From Eledone cirrhosa (Eukaryota), in the NCBI GenBank assembly GCA_964016885.1, contig OZ024740.1, positions 338,086,001 to 338,150,000 of the forward strand: a stretch of DNA of 64,000 nt, in the 5' to 3' direction. This document shows positions 24,807 to 38,772 of this stretch, piece by piece. Under the pieces are notes generated by a model. The model was not told where the DNA came from. It worked only from the letters and a program-made list of their open reading frames with translations, and did no database searches. The stretch's first letter is position 1. Every line of letters starts with the position of its first letter. The position numbers were made by a program, and so were the translations under genes.

Positions 24807-27238
24807 TATGATAAAAGGTAGGGAGCCAATGTATCTCCCTGGAGCACTCCAGCCAGTATCTCAAAGAACTCTGTCATCCCATCAGGTGTAATGACTTGGG
24901 CTTTGGTGTTGGTGTAGAGCAGTGATATCAGGTCCACTATCTTCTTGGAGATTCCATAAGCCTGTAAGATCTTCATCAGGCAGTAACGGTCCACAGAATC
25001 AAAGGCCTTCCTAAAGTCAATGAAAACCATGACCGCAGGAAGGCACTTTGCTCTAGCTCCCTCTAATATCCTCCTCAGCATCAGGATATGACTGGTGGTT
25101 GATCTACCCTCTCTGAAGCCGTTCTGGTTGTCCCTGAGCTTCTTCTCCATCTCAGGCTGGATCCTGTTAAGAATCATCCCGTTGAGGGTCTTTGCCACAA
25201 GTGACGTCAGTGACATCCCCCGGTAGTTGTTGGTGTTAGAGAGATCTCCCTTCTTTGGCACTGGGACGATGTTACTGATCCTCCACTGATTCGGGGCAAC
25301 TCCTTTCTCCAGTGCCCCGTTACAGAACCCCAGGATGATATCATCAAAATCACACCTCTTCATCACCTCTGATGCCACTCCATCTTCTCCATGAGCCTTG
25401 CCCTCCTTGATCCTCTTCTTGGCTCTCTGAAGCTCCTCTCTGGTGAAGGGCTCTGTCTCAACATCCAGTTCCTCAAACAGCCGCCTGATCTCCCGAGTAT
25501 TCTGGGCTGTGGAGGGTGGCTCTCCTTGTAGGGTCCTAAAATGGTCTAGCCATTTCCTCTTCCTATCCTCGGGCTCCGTTCCCTGGATCTGACTCGAACA
25601 CCTTCTCTTCCTCCCTGTGATCTCGTTGATGATCATCCAGCTCTCCTTACATCCAGATCTGTCAACCGATCTCTCCACACTTCTGATCTTCTCTATCAGT
25701 GCCTCCTCTCTGACCTCAGTGTAAGCGGTACAGAGTTCTTCCCTCATCACCTCCACAGTCTCCATCCTCTCCTCCGTAGGATCAGCATAGAATTGGTCCC
25801 TGGCAGCTTTCAGGTGTTCTCTGGCTGCACACACTTTTGGGTTTGCAGAGCTGACGTACTTCCCTTTGTTCTTTTTCCTCGGCACCAGGGTTTCACTTGC
25901 TTCAGCCACTGCATTGTAGTGCCCGTACCTCCTCGTCACACTCTCCTCAGTCTATCCAATCTCTCTCTCCTCTGACTCTCCACACAGAGCACTAAACCTG
26001 TTTCTCACTTCCATTGTGAACCTCTCCTGTAGCTTATTATCTTCCTTGAAAGCTCCCCAGTCATAGATTGTTCTCCGGGGCTGAGCCTTGCTCTTTCTTA
26101 AGCTCACGCGGACCTCACTCATAACAAGCCGGTGGTCACTACCCAGTGTACTTAAATAGCTGTATGGTTCGGTGTTCAGAACACTATTCCGCCACTTTTC
26201 CTCACCAGAATGAAATCAATCTGGGACTTGGACAGGTGCATATCTGAGATGTAGGTCCACATCTTCCCCAGATTCTTCCTAAACCTTAGGTTGGTCGCCA
26301 TCAAGTTCGCCTCCAGCAGGGTGTCTCTCAGTAGTCTTCCATTTCGGTTGGTGTTGTTATGGAAGTACCAGCAAGGATCTTCACTGCCCTCCTTACTCAG
26401 ATGTGCTTTGAAGTCCCCCAAAACAAGCAGGATATTGTGTGCCTGAGTGGTGTTGACAGCTCTACAAACCTCCTCATGGAACTCTTCCGCATTCACATCA
26501 CTGTCCCCCTCGGTTGGACTATAGGCTGAGATGACTGTCAGTCTTGGGTTTCCATTGAAGGTCACCCTCAACACTCGCGGGGAGATAGGCATTATGTCCC
26601 TCATCAACAGATTGGTTTTTGCACTGAACACAAAACCCACTCCTCCTACTGCAGCATTTGTTGTGTTCTTCACTGCCGATGTAGTGAAGAGCTGGCTCTT
26701 CTTCCCGATCATCACACTCCTCACGGGCTCATCGTGTAGAATCCTGTGTTCTTGGATCGCAAGTATCTGTATACCACTCTCCTCGAACAGAAGTCCCAAC
26801 TCCTCTCTCTTCTCCAGCGTCCGAATAGTCCTCACATTCAAAGTGCCCATTTTGATGGCTCTTCTGCAGGACAAAACTGCATTCTTTATATTTGTCTCAG
26901 AGACAGCTGATCCATCATCCACTGGCCCTCTCTGTGGCTCTAAGCCAGCAGAGTCATAACGACCAGGCTGCTCCTTGACAGTGTAATTAGGGGCTCTAAC
27001 CCTAGTGCTGTTAGATCGACTCTCCATATTTCTTTTCAATGGCTGACAATACCTTACCGGCGCCACTCGAATAAGGTAGTTATTTAACCCATAAATGGAG
27101 CCCTAACAGGTACTACCACCCCGGGCCAGGGCAGACCTGGGAGTCATGACAACTAAGGGGTAACTCCACATTCCCCACATCTCCTGAACTCCCGAACTGG
27201 AGCCTTGCCACTGGATGTAGTTTAATGTCATACCCAGG
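24807..27238 (-). mobile_element. RTE-clade LINE, inverted 5' part (5' UTR, APE, RT to QGDTLAPYL)
   Basis: GTLNVRT, IQEHR, AYSPT, GDF, QIDFIL, SDHR; VPKKGD..NYRGMSL, QNGFR, IDFRKAFDSV, GVLQGDTLAPYL. At least two frameshifts between 25939 and 26180. Confidence 0.92.
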
Positions 27239-28100
27239 ATATTGTATGCGCCTTGCACTGGAGAAACACCAGGACTCTGGTTTTACTGTAGCACCGGCTC
27301 AGAGCAGGAGAGTTAGGGCGAAAAAGGTATCGGATGCTGAATTTGCCGACGACATAGTTTTGGTGACAAATACAGTGAAGGAGGCAGAGGATTTGATGCG
27401 GGAGGTTGAGACTGTGTCGATGAGTGTGGGGCTGAGAATGAATGAGACTAAAACAAAATATCTGGTAGAGAATGTTGAGAAGCCAGAGGGGATCACTAAT
27501 GTAGGCGGGAAGCCGCTGGAATTGGTTGAGGACTTCCTGTATTTGGGAGCAAAGGTTGGGAATACGGAAGATGATGTGGTTGAGAGGAAGAGCAAGGCCT
27601 GGGCGGCGTGCCACAGCTTGAGATCGGTGTGGAAGTCGGACCTTCGTAGAGACCTGAAAATCCGCCTCTTCATTGCTGTAGTGGAGTCTGTGCTGCTGTA
27701 TGGGTTTGAGACTTGGACACTGACCAAGAAACTCACCCAGATGGTGGATGGGTGCTACACGAGAATGCTGAGGATGGCTCTGAACATTAATCAGTATACA
27801 CTGAGGATAAAAAACTCAGAGCTGTATGGGAGCATCCCAAAAGTCAGCTCAAAAGTGACACAGAGGAGACTGAGGTTAGTTGGACATGCTCACCGACATC
27901 CAGAGTTGACATTGCACTCAGTACTCCTTTGGGAGCCCCTACATGGACACACTAGAAGAGGAAGACCAAGGTTAACGTATGTTGATGCCCTAAGGACAGA
28001 CACTGGTCTGTTGGAGATGCAGGACATGGCAGCGATAATGAGGGACAGAGACCGCTGGAGAGAACTCGTCCATGGATCTCGGGAATTTTACCCGCCTTAG
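27239..28100 (+). mobile_element. RTE-clade LINE, 3' part in sense orientation
   Basis: YCMR..EFADDI, GLRMNETKT, DFLYLG, VESVLLYGFETW, RGRPRLTY. Directly continues the RT broken at 24807; ends in (TA)n. Confidence 0.92.
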
Positions 28101-30696
28101 ATATATATATATATATATATATATAGATATATATATATATATAATATTAACTCATTTATTCACATATCTGATATACTTGTATGCAACAACATAGAGATTT
28201 CAATACAAGAAGTAGAGAACAATTAATTCTCCACAACAAAATATGTAACACAATATCCTATATCAGTTTGTGATTTATGATTATATCGAATTTCTTTCAT
28301 GAAGATCCTATTGTTCTTAATGAAACTAGTTTTACTGGTGAAGGTCAACTGGAAGAAATAGTTGACAATCAAGCTTTTTATTGGATAGGCAAAGAAATAA
28401 AACGAAACTCAGTCATTTGGTGTCAAATTTGTAATAAGATCTACCATTGCAAAATATCTATGTCCCCTTACCCAACCTCTAAAGACCCAAACAAGGAGTA
28501 CCATGAAATAAAGTGCCCCCAAAACGAGGAGAAACGAGAAGACATCTCTCAACCACCGCAAAGTGGGTGGGAGATCTCCTTGTTGGATAGGGAGAGTTGA
28601 CAGGTCTCTGTTTGATAAGCTATTATGCTCCAACAATGTCATATAATTGACATGACAAAGACAGCTTTTTATAACATCTCAAAGCCCCTCACATCAACAA
28701 GACGCAATGGCTTAAAGACCAAGGTGGGATCCCATTTTCGATACTTGGTCGGGTGAAATTGATAACCAAAGAAGTAATGTATTTTGCTTTCTTTAAAATA
28801 CTCGGATAGCCTCATAACAAAAGTTGGGTTCGACGAGAACAACATTAAAATTATATCTTTCTTTGGTAGAATGCACACTGCACATAATTATTGAATATCA
28901 GAGAAAAATATTAAAAACTCGTGAGCTAAAAGGATCAGTACAAAAGTCTTTTAAGAACCGGGAAAGAAGTGTACAGAAAGCAACCAAGACTCAATCTGCA
29001 GCATATAGATAGGATATTAGAGTATTGTATAAAGGTTTTAACTAATAACAAACAAATGTGAAATTACCTTCAGAGAATCTCTTAGATTGTCTTAAGAAAT
29101 ATTATCAATGCTGTTATAATTGTTTTCATTGCTTGGTTGATTCGAAGTAACACCTGTTACTGCTACCATTGATGTCGTTTTTATTTTCAATGTTCAAATC
29201 CCGCTTTAGGTTAGCTTTGCCTTTTATCCTTACAGGGTCGGTAAAATAAAGTACTAGTAACGCTCTGATGTTGATTTCTTGCTGGCCTTATTCCAAATGT
29301 AGAAACAATTATAGAAACATTGGCGTGAACATATGTATTTTGCTTCGTTCCTCACTATCGACTAATTTCGAATGGATTTTTATAATTATTTTTCGGCTTT
29401 TGGACATAACTTTTATTTGCATATATCAGATAAAGCATTTTTTTTTATAGTGTAAGAAGTTCTTTTATATAATTGACTTTTTGTTTTTAAAAAAAACGAA
29501 CATTAATGACCTTTTGAACGTTGTTTTGTTTCGATTAAATTTTTAATGCTGTCGTCATGACAGCAAAATAACACCCACTGAAAGGAAATAAAGACCGGCA
29601 TTTCATGAAACACAACACAAAAAGACAAACGTGCTTTACACTAAAACATAAATTCTATGGGTACGAATATTTATTGCGTACTTCCCAAAACATACTTGAC
29701 GATAGCAACATTAATGATATCACTAACATTTATATACAGATACAAATGTAGCCAGGTGAAACATTTTATAATGGAACTAGTTTTGCTTGTATAGCTGCAA
29801 ACAGTCAACATTTGGATGTGGGTAACTTACTTAAACCAAACACTGGCAACGATGCTTTGGGGAAAATTCAGAAGTGGACAAGGAGAAAGCTTCCAATATA
29901 TGGGATAGTCTTTTTATTATTACACATTATTCATTATATGAATTGTAGTCAACTAGTAAATAGTGTGTGTATTAAAAGAAAAGAGAGAACAAATATTAAA
30001 AGGAAAAAAACTAATCTATCTTGGTTTTACAAAAGAGACGGAGAGGTTTCTCTGCTCACCAAAAACGAATTAAAAAAAGCTTTAGCAAATATTTAGACTG
30101 ACAACTTGTTTATAGAAAAAAAAGGACAAATTATTTATAGAAAAAGAAACTAGAAAATAAACAAAAATAAAGTGGAATAGCATAGTACAAAGGTTTGTCA
30201 GGGGCATTACAAATAATATTGACCCCTGGTTCATTGTGGTCAGAAGAAGTTATCATGATTCCTCAGCACACCAAAGTCATTCCAAAGTTGTGCCCTGTTA
30301 TGGTTGCAGAATCAAATGTTATAAGACTGATGGAGCAACAAAAAGGTATAGTTACACTTATGACAACCAAAACTGATGGCTTTCTTCCCTAAAGAAGTGA
30401 AAAAACAAAAGAAGAGGGAGCGACTGGACACTGCTCCATGAAGATAACCAGTTACAGTCCAGATGTGACAGGTAAATCTGCCTTATTCCTGTTACCCAAA
30501 GTAAATGATGTGGAGGTTCTCTCTCCTGATCTGGAGATAATAGAGACCATAACATGCTTGGTCCCAGAGATAGACACTGTAGCCTCTTCTAACATGTCAA
30601 GCTTGCATTATATGCAAATAAAGATCTCCAAAAATGCATTATTCACAAAGTCTATATATAAGCTATTAGCATATTTACTTCAGTATGGAGTGAGTA

Positions 30697-30745
30697 AATG
30701 TCACTGATGATGGATAAAGATCCTGAAATATTAGTAATTGGTGTT
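30697..30745 (+). ncRNA. Degenerate type I hammerhead
   Basis: AATGTCA-CTGATGA(30704-10)-tGGATaaagATCCt-GAAA-tattagtaat-TGGTGTT. Stem III and the cleavage triplet are imperfect. Confidence 0.4.
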
Positions 30746-32359
30746 CATGCATAGTTACTGGGTAGCTTTGACATGATCAAAGTGAGACTTATGTATGTCT
30801 GTTATACATAAACATATTGTAGATGATTCCATATATGCCACTATTTTTCCAATTATGTATACTTCTATGTTATATTCATTTAAAACTGGCCTGAAGATTT
30901 GCAGTAGCTTTGCTGGATGTGCAATATTGGTGTATGCACAAGTGAGCTGAGAGAAATAGATTTGAATATAGTGTGCAAGAGTGACACATAAGGATAGTGA
31001 TAGTTGTATAAAAAAGTGCCAAATGTTTGAAGTGGAAGACCAAGGAAAGCACGAGACAAAGTTATGAAGAATGACATCAAGAAACTGAACCCTACAAAGA
31101 AGATGACACATGACAGAGCTGACTCATGATATGCCATAATACAAAAATCATGCCCACTAGTATAAGCATTGCAACACTAAAAGTAAGAGTGGTCAGAGAC
31201 TGGAGGCTAGAGTGGTGTTGATTGAATGGAGACAATATAGGGTTTGAATGAACGCGTTTGTCTGGCCAAGCATGTCGCAACCTCTTTAGTACTGGAGTCA
31301 CAATAAAATGCACTCAGTACACCCTGTAAAGTGTTAGTGCTGGTGCCATGATAGAATATACCTAGTCAACCCTGTAAAGTTGTAGTACTGGTGCCTCAAA
31401 AATGGAAGCACATCTGACCATAGAAAAAATGGCAAATATGTAGTGTATAAGCAAGATGAGGTTACTCTGATCTGTCGGATCTTGGACCTCATCAACCCAT
31501 CCAACACATGTTAGTGTGGAAAGTTTATGTAAAATGAATTTGGGCAGATTTTTTTGCATTTAACATCTGTATGTATAACTTATGAATTCCAATTACATGT
31601 GCTAAGCCGACTTTGATATGTAAATTTTAATATTTTGTGTATGAGGGGCTTCCCAAACCTAAAGTGCTCTGGACCCCCAAGGTCTAAATTTGGCCTTGTT
31701 TAACAGTACCACTCCATCCACTTGCAAGGATAGGGACCAAATGGGATCTGAAAATAACTGACACACTATTACAACATTAAAAGAAAAGAAGCGAAAAATG
31801 AATCAAAACAAAAAACTAACTCTGTCAGAAAATACTCAACTGAAACTCCAGGAACTGTTCAAATACACAGTCATCCGAACCAGTGACTGGCATCTGATTA
31901 CTCTTCTATACAAGTTGGAAGAAAACAATCCACATGATATGTGACTGAACCAAGAGTTGAGGATACTGTATCAAGAGCCCTTGATAGACAAACTTTTAGT
32001 TTTAACAATAGAAGTATGCAAAAAACTTACTTTTGTCCAGAGGATGTGTGTTCCTTCATTGATGAATCCACCAAAACACTGTTATGGGTGATTTTGAAGA
32101 TCCTCGAGATGAATACATTGTATAGTGGGCAAGCAGAAATGTGGAGTGCTGTGATGCAACCTAACTAATGGGTATTCACCCACCGAGGGTGGGTAAACCT
32201 AAATATGTTTTCATGTTATGTAATAATATATTTTGTTGAAATAAGTGTAAAAATATCATAAGACATACAATATTTATAACAATTATTATTGTTATGTCTT
32301 TATCCAATTTCAATGCCTTTATTATATAAGGTCTTTGCACCTACTTACATTTTTAAGTA

Positions 32360-32528
32360 CAGTATTTCCCGGTGTCGAAGACGCTACTTTTTTCCTAAAA
32401 TAAGTCTCAAAAAATCTACCATGCATCCTGGAGGCCGAAGGTTGTTTATTATTTTTTTTCAAATTTTTGGTTATCAAAATTAGGGTGCGTCATCGAGGAT
32501 GAAGCAACTTTGGCGCCGAGAAATACGG
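32360..32528. mobile_element. pogo/Tigger-like MITE
   Basis: TA|CAGTATTTCCCGGTGTC ... GGCGCCGAGAAATACGG|TA. Confidence 0.7.
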
Positions 32529-32829
32529 TAACTTTGTTTGTCCAGTTCCACATATTGCATTACACATGTATTTATAATGTTCATTGTATCATATGAACAA
32601 GCTCTTTGTGGCTAGTAAATGAAATGATTATTAGAGCATCAGATGGAGTATTTTGTGGTATTACTTCCAGCTATTTATGTTCTGAATTTTGCCAAGATTA
32701 ACTTTACCTTTTATCTGTCCGAGGTAATTAAGTGAAGTACTGGGGTAGATATAATCATCAACTTTTCTCCTTTCCTCAAAATTACTGACCTTGTTTCCAA
32801 ATTATGAAACATTAATATTATCATTGAAA

Positions 32830-32995
32830 GACAGTCGGACGTCATGTTTTACAGCATGGAGTTACGGCCCTTTACGATCTGAGTTCAAATTCTGCTGAGA
32901 TTAACTTTGCCTTTTATCCTTACAGGGTTCATAAAATAAAGCACAAGTAATGCACTGGGATAATTGCTGGCCTTGTGCTAAAAGTAGAAACAATC
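32830..32995 (+). mobile_element. tRNA-derived SINE (family A), 5'-truncated
   Basis: B box, core and tail match. An older copy lies at 32620-32820, and partial copies at 29190-29310 and 33072-33130. Confidence 0.75.
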
Positions 32996-34007
32996 AACAT
33001 TATTATTGATACTAAAGTACTACTAATGATACTATTGAAAGTACTACTAATGATACTATTGATACTACTAATGTACCAGTAATGCACTGGGTAATTGCTG
33101 GCCTTGTGCCTAAAGTAGAAACAATTATTATTGATACTACTATTGTTATCCTAGTGTGTTTCATGAAAGATGGATGAGAGAAGTGAGATTGGTGAAGCTG
33201 GATGTGTTTGCTTTGACTATGTTTTTCTAATCAGGTCGACAAAAACTAGGAGAGATCACTTTCAATAGCCTTGAGGTGGCAGCATATTCCAGGGTTCTGT
33301 ATGAGGTTTTCCTTGGAATTACCCCAAAGTATCGCCTCCTCTTATTAGAGTATTTAATATATATCCCACTCTTTGTTGTTTTCATTCTTGCTTTGTCTCT
33401 AACGTCATAGGACTCTGTGGCCAATAAAAGAAATCAATATTGTTACTCTATTATACTCTGAAGTAAAGAATTTTACGTCCTGAAATATTAGGACTATTGT
33501 TACTATTTTAATGAATTGTTGGCATCATTATTGTTGTTGTCATTTCTATTGTTAAAAGTGTTGTCACTAGTACTTTTAATGGCAGCAATTATATCTTCCT
33601 CACTGTAGCAGTATATGGGTAAATGTGGGTTTGTGTGTAATGTGCTCACATGTGTGTATGAATACATGTATAATAGTGCATACTCAGATGGACAGATGAT
33701 TTATATACATAGTTGCTAGACCATGACCCTATTTTTGAATGACCAGTTAAAGCTGACTTTATCTAATTATACTTACATTTCCAAATTATATTTAGCTGAT
33801 GTAAATAAAGCAAAAAAGTGAGCTATTGTCTATGATGAGGCTTCTCTAATCTTGTCCCAGGCATAAAACCAACAATTCTGTGTGTTAGCTGAAAGGGAGA
33901 GGGCTCAGCATTTTAATACATTTTTATATTTAGTCTGCACCTAAACCTGAATTGAGTTCTCCACTGGTAAGTGGCCTTTGCAAATTGTGAATGCATTACA
34001 TATATAT

Positions 34008-34650
34008 ATCATCATCATCATCATTTTACGTCCGCTTTTCCCTGCTTGCAGGGTTGGACGCGTCCTATTCAGTACAGCATCTCTCCACTTGTCACGGTCA
34101 TTCGTCATCTCCTCGGTGAATTTCAGCGATCTGAGGTCTGCTCTCACCACCTCCGCCCATATTTTTTGTGGTCTACCACTACTGCATCTTCCTTCTACTG
34201 GGATTTCTTAGCACTTCTTTACCCAGCGGTCATCCTCCATGCGCATCACATGTCCACACCATCTCAGCCTTCTCTCCTGCACACCACAACTTATCCCTCT
34301 TATACCCAGTTTCTTTCTCAACTCGTCTATGCTTGGTTGTTCACGCACATTGATTGCACAACCAACAGAGCATACTAGCTTCATTTCTCTCCAGCCATCA
34401 CATATCTTCTGCAGTTGCTGCCCATGTCTCACTACCATGCAGCATCGCGCATCTCACACAGGCATCATATAACCGTCCTTTCGTACGCAGGGAGAAACCC
34501 TTCTTTGTCAACAGAGGAAGCAGCTCCCTAATCTTCTTCCGACCCATCCTTATTCTAGATACTATGGCCTCGGAACACTCCCCTCCCATGTTAATCTGAT
34601 CACCTAGGTACCGGAAGCTATCAACCGCTTCTATAGAACCCACCTGAATT
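34008..34650 (-). mobile_element. 5'-truncated RTE LINE 3' end with a (GAT)n tail
   Basis: VDSFRYLGD, KGRLYDACVRCAMLHGSETW, RRLRWCGHVMRM, DRDKWR; tail GGACGTAAAATGATGATG. Confidence 0.85.
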
Positions 34651-34709
34651 GGAAAAATGTGTCTATCACTGCGATTACTACTGCCAACTTTCCCTGTACA
34701 TCTACTACA

Positions 34710-34990
34710 TCATCATCATCATCATCATCATCATCGTTTAATGTCCATCTTCCACGCTTGCATGGGTTTGGACGGGAGTTTTCCCACTTAAGGCAAGAGT
34801 GGTTGTCTTGCTCGCATAGGACTGTCTGGCGGGTTTTCTACGGCTGGATGCCCTTCCTAACACCAACCACGTTTACAGTGTGGACTGGGAGGTTTTTACC
34901 ATGTTACCTACATGGCCACATTACAGCGTGGACTGTGTGTTTTTTTTTTGTCGTGACACCTACACGACCTCATTTGTTTCGGACTGGATG
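34710..34990 (-). mobile_element. RTE-tailed SINE-like repeat (AGGAAGGGCATCCAGCC family)
   Basis: Shares the GCA.G..GA..A..GGAC.TTAAA-(GAT)n tail with the RTE. Related decayed copies at ~31290-31540, 36350-36740 (tandem ~120-bp units), 39220-39600, 51000-51170 and 54960-55215. Confidence 0.6.
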
Positions 34991-35097
34991 TTGTGGTACC
35001 AACATAACTTTAAATTGAAAGGGGTGATGTGGACGGGGTGGGGGTAGTGGGACGGGGGTGTATTTTGTTAGAGGAGCCTACTGACTGTAGTAGGTAT

Positions 35098-35178
<81 letters not shown>

Positions 35179-35329
35179 AGTTTATCCTGGGTTCAATGGG
35201 GGTAACCACAGTAAGTAAGGTACTCAATACAAAGCAGAGTATAAATATATAGAAAGGCTTCTACAGGACTAAAACTGTTTCATTCGGGAGAAATCATCAC
35301 AGTCTTAAAAGTTGTAAAGAGGGCAGGAA

Positions 35330-36030
35330 TCTGACACTGTTGGGGAAGTGGGTAGAAATTTCATAAGGTGCACACAGTGTAATCTATGGAGTCAAAAGAT
35401 GTAGTAGGATTACAGGCAGGTTAACAGAGAAGACTGTTTATATGTGACAGATGTACAGGAGAACTGAGCACTAAGTGAGCACATGTGAAATAGATTCACT
35501 CAATTAATCGAGAGACTCCCTAGTTGTTGACACCTTTTGTTACCTAGGGGACCTAATTAGCAGTAGGAGATGATGTTCTGAAAATGATTTAGCAAGAGTA
35601 AGAACAGACTGGAAGAGGTTTAAGGAGCTAGTACTTCTGCTGGAAACAAAGAGCTTCTCTTTCAGAGTGAAAGGTAGACTGTATGATGCCCTGATATGAA
35701 TTGCAATGCTTCATGGCAGAGAGACATGGGCCTTGATTGAAAAAGACCCATGGAGGCTAGAAAGAAATGCAGTGGATATGTAATATTAATGTGCATAAAC
35801 AGTTGCATAAGCAAGTTGAAAGAAAACCTCTGTGTAAGAGAAGTCTGATGCAGTGCGTATGAGAGTAGATTGTGGTCATATGAATATGTGATGTGTATGG
35901 AAATGATAGCTGTATAAAGAAATGCAGAGATGTCTCAGTGGATGGGATCCATGGAAGAAGTAGACCTAGGAAGACATGGGATGAAGTAGTGAATACCATC
36001 TATAGGAAGCTGAATCTTATGACCATGAGG
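35330..36030 (+). pseudogene. Decayed RTE ORF2 3' half with an internal PHD-like finger
   Basis: CTQCNLWS-KRCSRITG..ICDRCTG, VDTFCYLGD, KGRLYDA..MLHGRETW, GRSRPRKTW. Confidence 0.65.
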
Positions 36031-37649
36031 ATTAGCAACATGCCAGCATAAAAATGTGACCTACCTCCTACTCCCCTCACTTTACCTAGGATCACCCCTA
36101 CATTTTTCTGTACCTTCTTATCACTCTTTTAACACTACCACAGCTGTCTTACATTCATGATGTACTTTCTCACCTATTCTCTTCCCCAAATCACCACTTG
36201 AACCCTGACATTGAATTTATCACTATCCACCCACCTCTTGTCACCCATGATATACCTATCATCCTTCTTACCCACCTCTCCATCCTACTACTATTCACTC
36301 CCACTTCAGGTAAAGATGACATGTCAATCAAGTCTATGACTGGCAACCTCCCTAATGCTAGTACTACAATAAAATGCACCCAGCAAACTCTGTAAAGTGG
36401 TTGGTATTAGGAAGGGCTTCCAGTCATGGAAACCATACTAAAAAGGGTTGTGAGGACCATCCAGTCATGTGCTAGGGCCATGAAAAATATACCATGAATA
36501 CTCTATAGGGTGATTGGTTATAGGAAGGTCATCCAACTGTAAATACATGTCAAAAAGGATCAAAGAGACTCTTCAGTTGTGTCAAGGGCATATCAATCTC
36601 ACTAGTATTGGTTATCAACATAATAAACATACTCAATACACTCTGTAAAATGATTGGTGATAGGAAGGGCATCTAGCTGTAGCGAACTTGCCAAAGAATA
36701 TGCTAGAAAGGCTCTTCAGATATGTGAAAGATATGACATTGTCCCTCACACTGGTACCTTCTTAATAACGGGGAAAAGTATGAGGGAGGCAGGCCCCAGG
36801 CCTGTCTGAGAGGTTGTTACATTATATGCAAAACACATTTTATTGTCAATCTATGCAACTGTTGCTTAGAGAGGGAACAGATGTTTAATCATGGTGATGA
36901 TGATATGCAAATTTATGCTTTTATGATATTTAACAAATAAAATATAGCAGATTTTATGTTTATGAAATTAGAAAATGAAAATAACTGAAGAATATATATA
37001 AGTATATGAGTGTATGTGTGTACAATGCAAGTCTGTAACCACCATTGGAAAGAACACCATGCATGAGTAGCTAAATACATTTGCTTATGTTTGTATATAT
37101 ATATATATTTCTGACTGAATATGTATATATATGTGTATGCGTATATATGTGTGTTTGTGTGTAACTACTATTATATTGAACAAAAATACACATATACATA
37201 CAAAACATAAACACACACATACATGCATACATAACCATAAACACACGCATACATAAACAGACACACACATATATACATATACACGTGTGTATGAGTAAAT
37301 ACATGTGTGTATTTGCCCATGTATGTGTGTGTTTATATATCCATGTGTGGTGTGTTTATGTCTATTGAATGTGTTTGTGAGTCTGTATATGTAAAGCTAA
37401 ATATATAAGATGTATATTTACAGTTCCAATGAATGATAACAGAAATATTGTGAAGAAGGCCATGTTTGAACATGGCGATATTGAAAACATTCAGTATTAA
37501 TTGAACTAAGCCATTTAATTTTAAAATGGAAGTCAGACAATTTAAATGCTATATCCTGCACACAGATTCACTGTAGTTAGTACATTCTTGTTTCAGCTGC
37601 AATTATCTTGTACTATTGAGAGCGGGGGTGGGGTGGGGGGTGAAGATAA

Positions 37650-37980
37650 AAGGATGGATAGATAGGAGAGATAGATAAGTGGTTAGATATATAGAGAAGG
37701 AGATTAATATATAAATGGATGGATAGAGAAAGTGATTGATTGATAGACAGACAGACAAACAAACAGATAGATAGATAAATAAATAGATAGACAGATAAAC
37801 ATATAGATGGACAGAGAAATATATAAGTTACTAGAAATAGTGATAGATAGATAGATAGATAAAGGATAAAGATAGATAGATAGAGAGAAAAATAGATAAA
37901 TTGGTAGAAATAGTGATAGATAGATAAATGATAAAAATAGATAATAAAGACAAGTGGGTAGATAGAGGGACGAATAGATG
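37650..37980 (+). repeat. Degenerate (GATA)n microsatellite
   Basis: Direct inspection. Confidence 0.85.
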
Positions 37981-38772
37981 GTTGCTAGTTTGGTAATAAA
38001 ATATTTTACTGTCTGCTGAATGATTTAGTAGCAATAGTGTTAGAAGTGAGGACTATGTTGTATTTGATGAGTCACTTGGGGAGAAAAGTGACATTGTTAC
38101 ATGTTCAAGTCCCATTAAAGAAATTTGGGTTTATTTTACATTTTTATTTAGCTTATTTTTGTAATTATTTTTTTAAACTTAAGACCATTTTGCTTTTAGT
38201 TCGAATTTTAAATTTAGAGTCTATAAATATGCACAGAACAGAAATGACATTTTGAAATGGCAAAAGTTATTATTCTAACAGATATACAGTAGATATTGGT
38301 GCAGGTATGGCTGTGTGGTTAAGATGTTTGCTTTGCAGCTATGTAACTCCAGGTTTGATTTTAATGTATGGCACCTTAGGCAAGTTCCTTTAGCCAGAAT
38401 CATAGCACTTGTAAATGAAATTATGTTATTAGGTTGATGTACAAACTCATCACTGCCAATAAATAACTTGTGAATATATACGTATCATTAATTGGTGCAG
38501 GCAAGCTTATGTGGTTAAGGAATTCACTTTTGGATTTAGTCCCAATGTGTGGCTTCTTGTGCAAAATTTCTTCTATAGTAGAAGACTTGGATTGGTACCA
38601 CAATAAAGTGCACACTCTGTAAAGTGTTTGGCATTCATCTGCAGAAATTGTGCAAAATAGAAAAAAAGCCAATGATCCTGAAAATTATGGTAAATTAATT
38701 TCGGATCTGCTTTAATGATATCTGTTTTATGGATGATTAACTTCTTCTTATCATATGACATATGTACAATAG

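Noticed and set aside
20977-27736. Antisense and alternate-frame ORFs over the LINEs
   Set aside because: Shadow ORFs of GC-rich LINE coding sequence with no recognisable motifs.
28277-28600. 107-aa ORF with WCQICNKIYHC (PHD-like)
   Set aside because: The finger is incomplete, its 3' half is the dispersed repeat also seen at 5020-5192, and there is no splice or homology support.
35266-35303. Minus-strand GTGATGA..GAAAC hammerhead relic next to (TA)n
   Set aside because: G3 is uncompensated and stem III is broken; too degenerate to call, although stems I and II pair.
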